A stretch of DNA of 64,000 nucleotides from Alphaproteobacteria bacterium (GTDB taxonomy: Bacteria; Pseudomonadota; Alphaproteobacteria; Rs-D84): the NCBI GenBank assembly GCA_017502865.1, contig JAFVUD010000005.1, positions 144,007 through 208,006 of the forward strand, read 5' to 3'. Below, one piece after another: positions 1-8,769 of this stretch. The notes beneath the pieces were generated by a model. The model did not search any database. It was not told the origin of the DNA and saw only the letters and a list, made by a program, of their open reading frames with translations. A program made the position numbers and the translations under genes. How positions within the stretch are numbered: the stretch's first letter is position 1; every line of letters begins with the position of its first letter.

Positions 1-444
1 CAAAATGCAGAACTAAACGGCCACACACTGGAACTGATTAATACCGATATCACAACATGGCGAACAAACCGCACATTTGACATCGTCGTATCCAATCCAC
101 CATATTTTCGTGGCAATCCCGCCACACATAACGCCCACCATAACGCAGATCTGCCAACATGGGTACGCCGCTGTGTTGCCCGAACCAAACCGAACGGATA
201 CTGCTGCTTAATCAGCGATGCCACAACATTGGCCACAATCATATCCAACATGACACACGCATGTGGCGATATTACAATTATCCCACTATTTGGTGCAAAA
301 AATACCGCAGAACGTGTACTGATACGGGGTCGGGTCGGGTCGCACGCTGGCACAACATTACACCAGGGCATACCTATGAATCAGGAAGCCATTTTGCGTG
401 ATGGCTTGACTATTGCAGATGTTTTGTCTAAACTGTTTCCATAA
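1..444 (+). CDS. SAM-dependent methyltransferase, C-terminal part (5' end outside window)
   Basis: Frame 1 is open from base 1 to TAA at 442-444. The translation contains FDIVVSNPPYF, the NPPY catalytic motif of N6-adenine/N5-glutamine type methyltransferases. The stop overlaps the next ATG (TAATG). Confidence 0.6.
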   Translation, partial: QNAELNGHTLELINTDITTWRTNRTFDIVVSNPPYFRGNPATHNAHHNADLPTWVRRCVARTKPNGYCCLISDATTLATIISNMTHACGDITIIPLFGAKNTAERVLIRGRVGSHAGTTLHQGIPMNQEAILRDGLTIADVLSKLFP

Positions 445-1724
445 TGTTAAACTTTATAACACGATATTTTACATCGCTGTGGGCGTTTATCACATCACCA
501 TTCCGTGCCATTTGGCGCGTGATTTCGCGTGTATTTCCACCACGTGAATTCACGGTTATGGACACCCCCCGTGGCAATGTTTACACATTCAAACAAAGCA
601 GTTTTTGGCGTTTTACACGTTTTTGCGGTAAAATAGGGCTGTTTGTCTGGGCCGCCTGGTCAACATACGTATTTGTATATCATCGTCCATTATTACAAAA
701 ACGCACCCAGCAATTGGACGAAACACGTGCCACACACGCACGCCATATGACTGATTTACAAACATACCTGACCAAATATAACGAATTAACACGCAACCTG
801 AACGTCATTGATGACAAGATTTTAAACTCTAAAAAACTTGACGACAAAGAACGCGAAAAATTAATGAACAGCCGTGTTAAAACCTGGGGTGAACTGGACT
901 TTCTGCGTACACGCATTACCGAAATGTTCACAGACGAAGATTATGCCCCCGAATACACAAAATTATCAGAATTATCTATCGAATACGAATTAACCCGTGC
1001 CGAAAACGAAGGATTAAAAAAACGCAACAATCAAATGTTGGAATCCATGGCAGAAATCACCGCCGCCGACAGCCAGATTGTAGAAGCCGTCGCCACATTA
1101 ACAACCCAAAACACCGAAGAACTACGCCAAAATATCAAAAAGATTAAAGGCACAATCGCAACACTGGGTTTATCTGAAACCACATTAATAAACAAAGCCA
1201 ACAAATATTCAAATCCACTGGTTGGCACTGCGTATAACCCATTGGATTTCGATGGCAAAATCGATGAAAAATACCAAAAATTGGCAGACGGTCTGGAATT
1301 ATGGCACGGTCTGAAACGCCTGAACGATGTATTACCACTGGGGGCCCCATTGGATAAAGTTCGCATTACATCAAATTTCGGCACCCGTAATGACCCATTC
1401 ACAGGCAAACCTAAAAAACACCGTGGCATCGACTTTGCCGGCAAAATCGGCACCGAATTAAAGGCCGTTGCCCCTGGTCGTGTTGTATCCGCCGGTGACC
1501 GTGTTGGGTATGGCACAACGGTTGAAATTGACCACGGATTGGGCTTTACAACATTATACGCCCACCTGTCACAAATAACGGTTTCACGTGGGGACTGGGT
1601 CCGTCCTGGCACTGTAATCGGGCTTGGCGGGTCATCTGGCCGTTCAACTGGCCCACACTTGCACTATGAAATCAGATACAAGGGCTCACCATTTGATCCA
1701 ACAAAATTTGTAAAGGAACAATAA
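444..1724 (+). CDS. M23 family metallopeptidase (murein endopeptidase-like) with N-terminal TM helix and coiled-coil
   Basis: 426-aa ORF. The C-terminus carries the M23 motifs HRGIDFAG...GYGTTVEIDHG...YAHL...GSSGRSTGPHLHYEIR. Confidence 0.85.
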   Translation: MLNFITRYFTSLWAFITSPFRAIWRVISRVFPPREFTVMDTPRGNVYTFKQSSFWRFTRFCGKIGLFVWAAWSTYVFVYHRPLLQKRTQQLDETRATHARHMTDLQTYLTKYNELTRNLNVIDDKILNSKKLDDKEREKLMNSRVKTWGELDFLRTRITEMFTDEDYAPEYTKLSELSIEYELTRAENEGLKKRNNQMLESMAEITAADSQIVEAVATLTTQNTEELRQNIKKIKGTIATLGLSETTLINKANKYSNPLVGTAYNPLDFDGKIDEKYQKLADGLELWHGLKRLNDVLPLGAPLDKVRITSNFGTRNDPFTGKPKKHRGIDFAGKIGTELKAVAPGRVVSAGDRVGYGTTVEIDHGLGFTTLYAHLSQITVSRGDWVRPGTVIGLGGSSGRSTGPHLHYEIRYKGSPFDPTKFVKEQ

Positions 1725-1725
1725 A

Positions 1726-2076
1726 ATGCTGGCATTTACAAACGCAAAAGAAAAACAATCACCCACAATTATCGGGGCAGGGTGCGAATTAACAGGTGAC
1801 ATTAAAACAGACCACATTGTCCAAATTCACGGCCTGGTTATTGGTAACATTACCGCCGAAACCGTTGTTATTGGTCGTGGCGGGCGTGTCCAGGGCCAAA
1901 TAAATGCCACAAACCTGTTCTTGCACGGCACACTGGATGGTCCTGCAACTGTCAACATTGCAAATGTATTTAATGCCGCCCAAATGACCGGCACATTATC
2001 ATACAGAACCCTGAACATTACCGGAAACACGGGTCTGGAATGCAAATTATCGAAACGAAAGGACAAAGAAAAATGA
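1726..2076 (+). CDS. bactofilin family polymer-forming protein
   Basis: 116 aa with repetitive beta-helix-like G/V/I pattern (IIGAGCELTGDI..IHGLVIGNI..VVIGRGGRVQGQI..LHGTLDG) typical of bactofilin/CcmA. Its stop overlaps the rpiB start (ATGA). Confidence 0.7.
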   Translation: MLAFTNAKEKQSPTIIGAGCELTGDIKTDHIVQIHGLVIGNITAETVVIGRGGRVQGQINATNLFLHGTLDGPATVNIANVFNAAQMTGTLSYRTLNITGNTGLECKLSKRKDKEK

Positions 2077-2519
2077 ACAAAACAGTATCCAAAGTCTTCA
2101 TTGCCGCCGATCACCGTGGGGTAGGCCTGAAATTATACTTGATTGAAATGCTGGCTGCGGCTGGATATAACGTTGTAAATCTGGGCACAGACGACCCAAA
2201 CGCATCTGTTGATTACCCAGATGTCGCCAACACATTGGCTGATGCCATGCTGGACGACAAAAATTCACGTGGCATCATTATTTGCGGCACTGGTGCCGGC
2301 ATTATGATTGCCGCCAACCGCCATCGCCATATTCGTGCATCACGTTGCGACCGCCCAGACCAGGCACGTGACGACCGTTTTCACGACGACACAAATGTTT
2401 TGGCATTGGCCGCAGACGACATTGATATAGAAATGGCATTTATGTGTGTCCAGGCATTTCTGGAAAGCCCATTTGATAATATCGAACGCCGCATCCGCCG
2501 TATTGAAAAAATCTCGTAA
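2073..2519 (+). CDS. rpiB: ribose-5-phosphate isomerase B (RpiB/LacAB family)
   Basis: The internal ATG at 2073 gives MNKTVSKVFIAADHRGVGLK...GIIICGTGAGIMIAANR, the RpiB signature. A hairpin terminator follows. Confidence 0.85.
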   Translation: MNKTVSKVFIAADHRGVGLKLYLIEMLAAAGYNVVNLGTDDPNASVDYPDVANTLADAMLDDKNSRGIIICGTGAGIMIAANRHRHIRASRCDRPDQARDDRFHDDTNVLALAADDIDIEMAFMCVQAFLESPFDNIERRIRRIEKIS

Positions 2520-2525
2520 AAAACA

Positions 2526-2550
2526 ATCCCCCTGTCATGGGGGATTTTTC
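2526..2550 (+). terminator. intrinsic terminator after rpiB
   Basis: ATCCCCC-TGTCAT-GGGGGAT followed by TTTTT. Confidence 0.8.
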
Positions 2551-2626
2551 ATTTTGCAACACACCTAAATTTATGATAAAATAAAAATAAACCAACAACG
2601 AATACGATTATTCAAGGGAAGGAAAA

Positions 2627-2863
2627 ATGTTAAAACCTATTGTTTTATCAACTGTTATTTTAATATCTGGCACTGCATTTGCGGACACTAAAAATATTCC
2701 ATCCCAAGAATACGTCCACGCTGTCAACACAGCAACTATCGAATACGTTGATGCCGACAAGGTTAGCGTTGCCGCCGGCACAACACAAACAATGGCGGGC
2801 GACTATACTGTGTCTGGCACATTAAACGTTCCAACACCGGCATTACCAACTGTCGAAGAATAA
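2627..2863 (+). CDS. small secreted protein of the EYV-head / VPTPxLP-tail family
   Basis: 78 aa with a signal peptide, then IPSQEYVHAV and ...TQTMAGDYTVSGTLNVPTPALPTVEE. Paralogous to 45042-45287 and 47490-47711, and to both ends of the protein at 16784-17995. Has its own terminator. Confidence 0.6.
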   Translation: MLKPIVLSTVILISGTAFADTKNIPSQEYVHAVNTATIEYVDADKVSVAAGTTQTMAGDYTVSGTLNVPTPALPTVEE

Positions 2864-2882
2864 AATCAATACAATAAATTCA

Positions 2883-2909
2883 ATCGACCCAAATCGGGTC
2901 GATTTTTTT
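2883..2909 (+). terminator. intrinsic terminator after 2627-2863
   Basis: ATCGACCC-AAATC-GGGTCGAT followed by T7. Confidence 0.8.
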
Positions 2910-2910
2910 A

Positions 2911-2941
2911 CACAAAAGAACAGGGGGGCACATCGCCCCCC
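2911..2941 (-). terminator. intrinsic terminator after leuS
   Basis: GGGGGG-CGATGTG-CCCCCC on the minus strand followed by TGTTCTTTT. Confidence 0.65.
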
Positions 2942-2945
2942 ATCC

Positions 2946-5345
2946 TTACTTTTTAACCACAAAGTTAACCAGCTTCTTTGGCACCACAATCGTTTTAATG
3001 ATTTGTACACCATCTAACTTATTGGCGACCACTTCTTTGGCACGGTTAACAATAACTTCTTCTGTGGCATCAACCGGTACAACAAATTCTGCCGCACGTT
3101 TACCATTAACCGACGCAACAATTGTCATTTCCGTTTCAACCAACTTAGCGGCATCAAACGTTGGCCACTGCGTCATCGCCAGCAATTCTGTATGCCCCAA
3201 TTTTTCCCACATTTCTTCGGTCAAATGTGGTGCAAATGGGTTCAACACCTGCAACAGCACTTCATACGCTGGCCGTGGCATTGTGCCATTAAACGCATTG
3301 ACATATTCCATCATCGCAGAAATAGTCGTATTGTATTTCATATTTTCAATACGTTCTGTCGCATCTGCAACCAATTTATTCATCAAGCGTTCTTGTTCCT
3401 GACCCATTTCATCATCTGTCAAATTATCGGCCATATTTTCCACACGTTTCAAGAAACGCTGAACACCCGCCAACGCACCTTCGGACCAGTTCACATTCGA
3501 ATCCCATGGCCCCAGTGACAACACCGTTGTACGTGCTGCGTCTGCACCAACTTCGGCAATTTTTTCATCTACCTGGAAACCATTCCCCGCAGATTTAGAC
3601 ATCTTTTTACCATCTGTCCCCATCAGCAAACCGTTCGTAGTACGTTTTTTGTATGGTTCTGGGGTGTTTACATGGCCCAAATCATACAACGCACGATGCC
3701 AGAAACGTGAATAAATCAAATGGCGTGTATTGTGTTCATTTCCACCATTATAATGGCCAACCGGCATCCATTTTTCCATCTGGGCACGTGAACAGAATTC
3801 ATTATCATTCTTTGGATCCAGATATCTCAAGAAATACCAAGAAGACCCCGCCCACTGTGGCATAGTATCTGTTTCACGTTTTGCCGCCCCACCACAATGT
3901 GGACATGTTGTATTCACCCAATCGGTCGCACGTGCCAATGGCGATTCACCATCTTCGGTTGGTCTAAAATCTTCCATATGTGGTTGCATCAATGGCAATT
4001 CAGATTCTGGTACCGGCACCCATCCGCATTTTTCGCAATACACCAACGGAATTGGTTCGCCCCAGTACATCTGACGTGAAAAACCCCAATCGCCCATGCG
4101 ATAGCGAACCTTGGGTCGTGCAAAGCCACCTTGTTCACCAACTTTGATTGCGGCGGCAATCGCATCGACCTTGTTCATGCCGTCCATAAATCCAGAATTA
4201 ATATGTTCACCATCTTCTTCCCACGCAGCCTGTGAAATATCACCACCGGCCAACACCTGAATAATTGGCAAATCAAACTTCTTGGCAAATGCATAATCAC
4301 GCCCGTCATGCGCCGGCACCGCCATAATCGTACCATGTGCATAATTCACCAGCACATAATCTGCCACGAACACAGGAATTTCAACACCTGTGAACGGATT
4401 TTTTGCCATAATCCCTTCCAGGCGAACACCTGTCTTGTCCTTGGTCGCATCTGTTCTGTCAAATTCAGACTTTGCCGCAGATTCCTTGATATACGCACGA
4501 ACTGCATCTGCATTTGTAATCTTGCCTTCATCCAACCATTTGGCCAGCAATTTATGTTCTGGGGCAATTGCACAGAATGTCACCCCAAATATTGTATCAA
4601 CACGTGTGGTATAAACCGTCATAATATCATCACCAACACGGAAGTCCACATCTGCCCCGGTTGAACGCCCAATCCAGTTTATCTGGTCACGTTTTACCTT
4701 TTCCGGATAATCAACAATATTCAACCCGTCCAGCAATTTATCTGCATACTTGGTAATCGCCAGGTTCCATTGCATTTTTTCACGCACTTCTACATCACCA
4801 TGACAGCGATTACATTTTCCATCTTCCAATTCTTCATTGGTCAGTGTTGTCCGGCACTTTGGACACCAATTCATTGGCAGCATCGATTTATATGCCAACC
4901 CTGCATTAAAGAACTGAATAAACATCCACTGGGTCCATTTGATAAATTCTGGATCCGATGTTGCCACCTGGGCCGACAAATCAATAGACCAACCCATATC
5001 CAACATATTTTTTGTAAATTTCTTGGCCAAATCACGAACAACAACCGATGGATGCTGGCCGATTTTGGTCGCATAGTTTTCCGCAGAAATCCCCAGTGAA
5101 TCAAACCCCAATGGGAACAAGACATCAAACCCCTGCATACGGCGAAAACGTGCCATAACATCACAACCTGTATAATTCAACATATGTCCACCGTGCAAAC
5201 CGGTACCCGATGGAAATGGAAATTCCGCCAACATATAGAAAGGCTGCTTTGAACCATCATTTTTTGGTGTAAAAACACCAGATTCTTGCCATTTTTTCTG
5301 CCATTTTGCTTCACGTTCGTGAACTTTCTTGATATCTTCTGCCAT
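2946..5345 (-). CDS. leuS: leucine--tRNA ligase
   Basis: 799 aa with the class I aaRS motifs HGGHMLNY (HIGH-like) and KMSKS, plus the LeuRS-type CP1 and zinc-binding region. Confidence 0.95.
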   Translation of the reverse strand: MAEDIKKVHEREAKWQKKWQESGVFTPKNDGSKQPFYMLAEFPFPSGTGLHGGHMLNYTGCDVMARFRRMQGFDVLFPLGFDSLGISAENYATKIGQHPSVVVRDLAKKFTKNMLDMGWSIDLSAQVATSDPEFIKWTQWMFIQFFNAGLAYKSMLPMNWCPKCRTTLTNEELEDGKCNRCHGDVEVREKMQWNLAITKYADKLLDGLNIVDYPEKVKRDQINWIGRSTGADVDFRVGDDIMTVYTTRVDTIFGVTFCAIAPEHKLLAKWLDEGKITNADAVRAYIKESAAKSEFDRTDATKDKTGVRLEGIMAKNPFTGVEIPVFVADYVLVNYAHGTIMAVPAHDGRDYAFAKKFDLPIIQVLAGGDISQAAWEEDGEHINSGFMDGMNKVDAIAAAIKVGEQGGFARPKVRYRMGDWGFSRQMYWGEPIPLVYCEKCGWVPVPESELPLMQPHMEDFRPTEDGESPLARATDWVNTTCPHCGGAAKRETDTMPQWAGSSWYFLRYLDPKNDNEFCSRAQMEKWMPVGHYNGGNEHNTRHLIYSRFWHRALYDLGHVNTPEPYKKRTTNGLLMGTDGKKMSKSAGNGFQVDEKIAEVGADAARTTVLSLGPWDSNVNWSEGALAGVQRFLKRVENMADNLTDDEMGQEQERLMNKLVADATERIENMKYNTTISAMMEYVNAFNGTMPRPAYEVLLQVLNPFAPHLTEEMWEKLGHTELLAMTQWPTFDAAKLVETEMTIVASVNGKRAAEFVVPVDATEEVIVNRAKEVVANKLDGVQIIKTIVVPKKLVNFVVKK

Positions 5346-5413
5346 ATCTTTGTCCTATATTTAATATGTTCGGGGCAAATTTTATAAACAAATGCCCATA
5401 AATTCAAGGAATT

Positions 5414-6127
5414 TTAATTGTGTTTTTCAAAACACGCTAAAAATTCGGTATTACCACTGCCACCCAGCACAGGTGATGGAATAACACCGCACAATCGAAA
5501 GCCCGAATGGGCAAATTCTTCAACCACACGATTGACCGACCAATCGTGCCATTCACTGGATTTAATAACCCCGTTAAATTTCGCCGCCACTTCACGCGGC
5601 ACCTCAAACTGTGGTTTAATCAGTGCAACAATCTTCTCTGGATTCCACTGGGCCAGAACACCCACAATATTCGCCAGTGATATAAAAGACACATCGACCA
5701 CAATCAAACGGGCTGATTCCGGTGGCACAACATCACGAATATCGGTCTGTTCCATCGATACCACACGTGCATCATTCCGCAGCGAATCCACTAACTGGTT
5801 CGTGCCAACGTCAACCGCATAAACCCGGGCGGCACCATTTTTCAATAAAACTTCTGTAAAACCACCCGTACTGGCCCCGACATCCAAACACACCATGCCA
5901 TCTGGATTAATTTTGAAATGTTCCAGTGCCCGTGCCAACTTCAAACTGCCACGACCAGTGGAATAGGGTAAATCACGCCCTATAATATCATCTGTATCCA
6001 AAACCGGTTGACTGGGTTTCTTAGCGACAACCCCATTTACAAAAACCAACCCCGCATCTATCGCAGCCACCGCTTTGGCACGGCTGGGGTATAAATTACG
6101 CTGAACCAGTTCTTGATCTAATCTCAT
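5414..6127 (-). CDS. tlyA: TlyA family rRNA (cytidine-2'-O)-methyltransferase
   Basis: 237 aa. N-terminal S4-like MRLDQELVQRNLYPSRAKA, then FtsJ-type SAM motif CLDVGASTGGFTEVLL. Confidence 0.85.
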   Translation of the reverse strand: MRLDQELVQRNLYPSRAKAVAAIDAGLVFVNGVVAKKPSQPVLDTDDIIGRDLPYSTGRGSLKLARALEHFKINPDGMVCLDVGASTGGFTEVLLKNGAARVYAVDVGTNQLVDSLRNDARVVSMEQTDIRDVVPPESARLIVVDVSFISLANIVGVLAQWNPEKIVALIKPQFEVPREVAAKFNGVIKSSEWHDWSVNRVVEEFAHSGFRLCGVIPSPVLGGSGNTEFLACFEKHN

Positions 6128-6373
6128 ACTACCAATCTTACCCCAGCATATTTACAAAATCAACCGCAATAAATTTATACAGAACAAACATGGAAAAACA
6201 CCAAATAAAAACACCATTTTTACAATTATTAAAAATCATCATGATTTATGTAATATCAAATTATTACTTTAACAATCTAAATTATTTTCTCAACTTTTAT
6301 ATACCTCATCAAAAACACTTACTTTTTGCCCGGCAATCACCCACCCCCAAGCCTAAAAAGCCACCAAAAACCG

Positions 6374-6424
6374 CCCCACCGGGCACAAAAACACCCGCAA
6401 ACCCGCAGAAATCCGCCATTTTTT
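6374..6424. repeat. ~52-bp direct repeat, copy 1 (CCCCACCGGGCACAAAAACACCCGCAAACCCGCAGAAATCCGCCATTTTTT)
   Basis: Matches 7309-7361 with 2 substitutions and a 2-nt indel. Confidence 0.8.
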
Positions 6425-7028
6425 CAATTTTTACCGGCCAGAGCAGGGCAAAAACCACCATTTTTCACCATTTTAACGCCACGCACACAAACAGCCGTTT
6501 TTGCACATTTTCACACCATCAAACAGACCATTTTTACACAAACACATAAAACAATTTATAAACGTATAATCAAAATAATATTTTTAACTTTATATAAATT
6601 AAATTAACTTTATTAACAAGAAAAACACCGGTGACAAAACCACACAAAAAAATCAATTTCAACACAACAGACAACAAGCCACGACATAACCAGAACATAA
6701 AACCAAATCGATTTTCAGCGACCTGAATCAAACCAGACATATAAATATACGCCCAGCACATTCAAACCAAGACATCACAAGAATAAAGCAATACACCAGA
6801 CGGATACAAATCGATTTTCATCGACCAAAAACAAAACAACCACACAACCATACCACCAGGCCGCCCAAATTCGATTACAACAACCACATACACAACAAAC
6901 AAACGCAACCGCATCAACCACAAATCAAACACAAACAAAACAACAACCAAACACAGCCCAGACCACAAACACCAACACAAAAACAAATAACAACATATTA
7001 CACAATTTCGCTATACACACTATATCAA

Positions 7029-7056
7029 ACTATACATAATATACATTATACGCCTT
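7029..7056 (-). other. dif-like Xer recombination site candidate
   Basis: The minus-strand 28-mer AAGGCGTATAATGTATATTATGTATAGT matches E. coli dif GGTGCGCATAATGTATATTATGTTAAAT at 21/28 positions, including a 16-nt exact run ATAATGTATATTATGT (hand alignment). Confidence 0.55.
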
Positions 7057-7308
7057 TTATATATTGCTATAACCTGCCGTTTTCCGCCACTTTTTATCCC
7101 ACCCATTACACAACAAATAATTATTTATAATTTCGGTACAGCACTTATATTTTTTATAATTCATCACCTAACCCAGACCACCTGGACCATCGGGTTCGCC
7201 TATTGTACCCGCACAATACCTTTACACACCCGTATTACTCAAAAACAACACCCCGCATATCCATCCACACAAAAAATCACCTTTACCCATAAAACACATG
7301 CCCACCCA

Positions 7309-7361
7309 CCCCACCGGACACAAAAAAACACCCGCAAACCCGCAGAAATCCGCTATTTTTT
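7309..7361. repeat. ~52-bp direct repeat, copy 2
   Basis: See copy 1. The copies are 935 bp apart inside the ORF-free region. Confidence 0.8.
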
Positions 7362-7450
7362 ACCAAAAAACCGCCAAAATCCGCCTATTTTACGCCTTTT
7401 TTGCAAACAAACTATACATAATCCACCAACACCAAACATACCATCCGCAA

Positions 7451-7483
7451 ATAAAAAGTGGCGATGCAAATATGCCCGCCACC
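7451..7483 (-). terminator. intrinsic terminator after mscL
   Basis: GTGGCG...CGCCAC stem with a 13-nt loop, followed by TTTTTAT on the minus strand. Confidence 0.6.
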
Positions 7484-7506
7484 TAATTAAATCAATTTGT
7501 CACAAA

Positions 7507-8067
7507 TTACTTTTTAGTCTTTGTAATCTTTTTGATTTTTGAAATCTGACCAGACGCAATTTTAGTCAAATTTTTGATGCCTTTTTCCAATTCGCTATCT
7601 TCTACTTCGCCTGTTTTTACAGGTTCCACAGCCGAACAGCAATGCGGACATTTTGTTGCAGAATTACTAATCGACATCGTGCAATATGGACACGCATGTG
7701 TGTTCGCAGGTTTCTTGCTACGCATTTTATTAACCGTACGCACAAACAAGAATATCGCAAACATAGTAATAAAGAAACTAACCACAGAATTCAGGAACAG
7801 CCCCATATTCAATGTTGTCGCACCTGCTGCCTGGGCGGCTGCAATTGTTTCATAATGCCCACCCGATGGATTATTCAACACAAAGAACCACTGGGAAAAA
7901 TCAACCCCACCTATCAACAACCCAATCGGCGGCATAATAACATCTTTTACCAGTGAATTTACAACACCGGTCATAACACTACCTACGATGATACCGACAG
8001 CCATGTCGATAGCATTGCCACGTTCCACAAATGCGCGGAATTCTTTTAATAAATTGGTCTTAGCCAT
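7507..8067 (-). CDS. mscL: large-conductance mechanosensitive channel MscL with C-terminal CxxC...CxxC extension
   Basis: N-terminus LKEFRAFVERGNAIDMAVGIIVG...PPIGLLIGGVDFS is canonical MscL. About 60 extra C-terminal residues contain CPYC...CPHCC. Confidence 0.85.
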   Translation of the reverse strand: MAKTNLLKEFRAFVERGNAIDMAVGIIVGSVMTGVVNSLVKDVIMPPIGLLIGGVDFSQWFFVLNNPSGGHYETIAAAQAAGATTLNMGLFLNSVVSFFITMFAIFLFVRTVNKMRSKKPANTHACPYCTMSISNSATKCPHCCSAVEPVKTGEVEDSELEKGIKNLTKIASGQISKIKKITKTKK

Positions 8068-8644
8068 TTTCTTTCCTTTTTTCTATATATTCGGTTATTG
8101 CTGCAACAACCTTGTCCAGGGTTTTACGCAGGCTTTCATCACGTGTTTCCACCGTAATATCCGCCAACGCATATGTTTTATAGCGTTCATCAATAAGCTG
8201 CCCCAGGATTTGGCGACTGTCCGCATGCAACAATTGCGGTCGTGTATGCCGAAAATTAGTCCGCTTAACCAGCAAATCTAAATCCGCACGCAACCACACT
8301 GTAATCGCACGCTTCATCACCATTTCACGCACAGCCGGCGTAATAAACGCCCCCTCGCCCGTAGATAAAACCTTTAACCCCGGCCCCGTATCCAACAAAC
8401 GTTCTATAACACGCTGTTCTACACGCCGAAATTCGGTTTCACCATACATTGCAAAGATATCAACCACGCTGCAGCCCGCAGCTGCTTCTATTTCTTTATC
8501 AGAATCAACGAACGGAATCCCCAGCCGCCGTGCCAACGCACGCCCGACACTGGTTTTTCCCGCCCCCATCAGCCCAACCATAACGATTGGCCTGTCTAAC
8601 AAAGATACTATTTCTTTACCCATAACACCCGTTATTCTATACAA
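8060..8644 (-). CDS. aroK: shikimate kinase
   Basis: Walker A motif GLMGAGKTSVGRALA followed by PFVDSDKEIE. The 3' end overlaps the mscL start by 8 nt. Confidence 0.85.
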   Translation of the reverse strand: MYRITGVMGKEIVSLLDRPIVMVGLMGAGKTSVGRALARRLGIPFVDSDKEIEAAAGCSVVDIFAMYGETEFRRVEQRVIERLLDTGPGLKVLSTGEGAFITPAVREMVMKRAITVWLRADLDLLVKRTNFRHTRPQLLHADSRQILGQLIDERYKTYALADITVETRDESLRKTLDKVVAAITEYIEKRKENG

Positions 8645-8769
8645 AAATGCTAAAATTCACAATAAAAATTCGCACAGCCCTGTTTTACCTTTTTATTTTC
8701 AGGATTTTTATGCTATAATATAACTATCAAAAACCTTAATTTAACCCAAAGAACAGAGAGAGAAGCAAA

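Noticed and set aside
6190-6986. Track ORFs 6190-6549, 6326-6607, 6570-6761 and 6762-6986 in the tlyA-mscL gap
   Set aside because: Their translations are low-complexity (P/K/T/H-rich, or V/L/F/W/C-rich on the G/T-rich strand), and at least one uses a non-ATG start. There is no RBS and they overlap each other. They are by-products of the extreme base-composition skew.
6128-7506. Chromosomal origin of replication (oriC) because of the large AT/AC-rich gap and ATCCAC-like motifs
   Set aside because: There are only weak DnaA-box resemblances (CCATCCACA at 7262 and TAATCCACC at 7420). No dnaA, dnaN or hemE-type neighbours are present. There is no strand-skew or gene-orientation switch. The dif-like site is the opposite kind of landmark.
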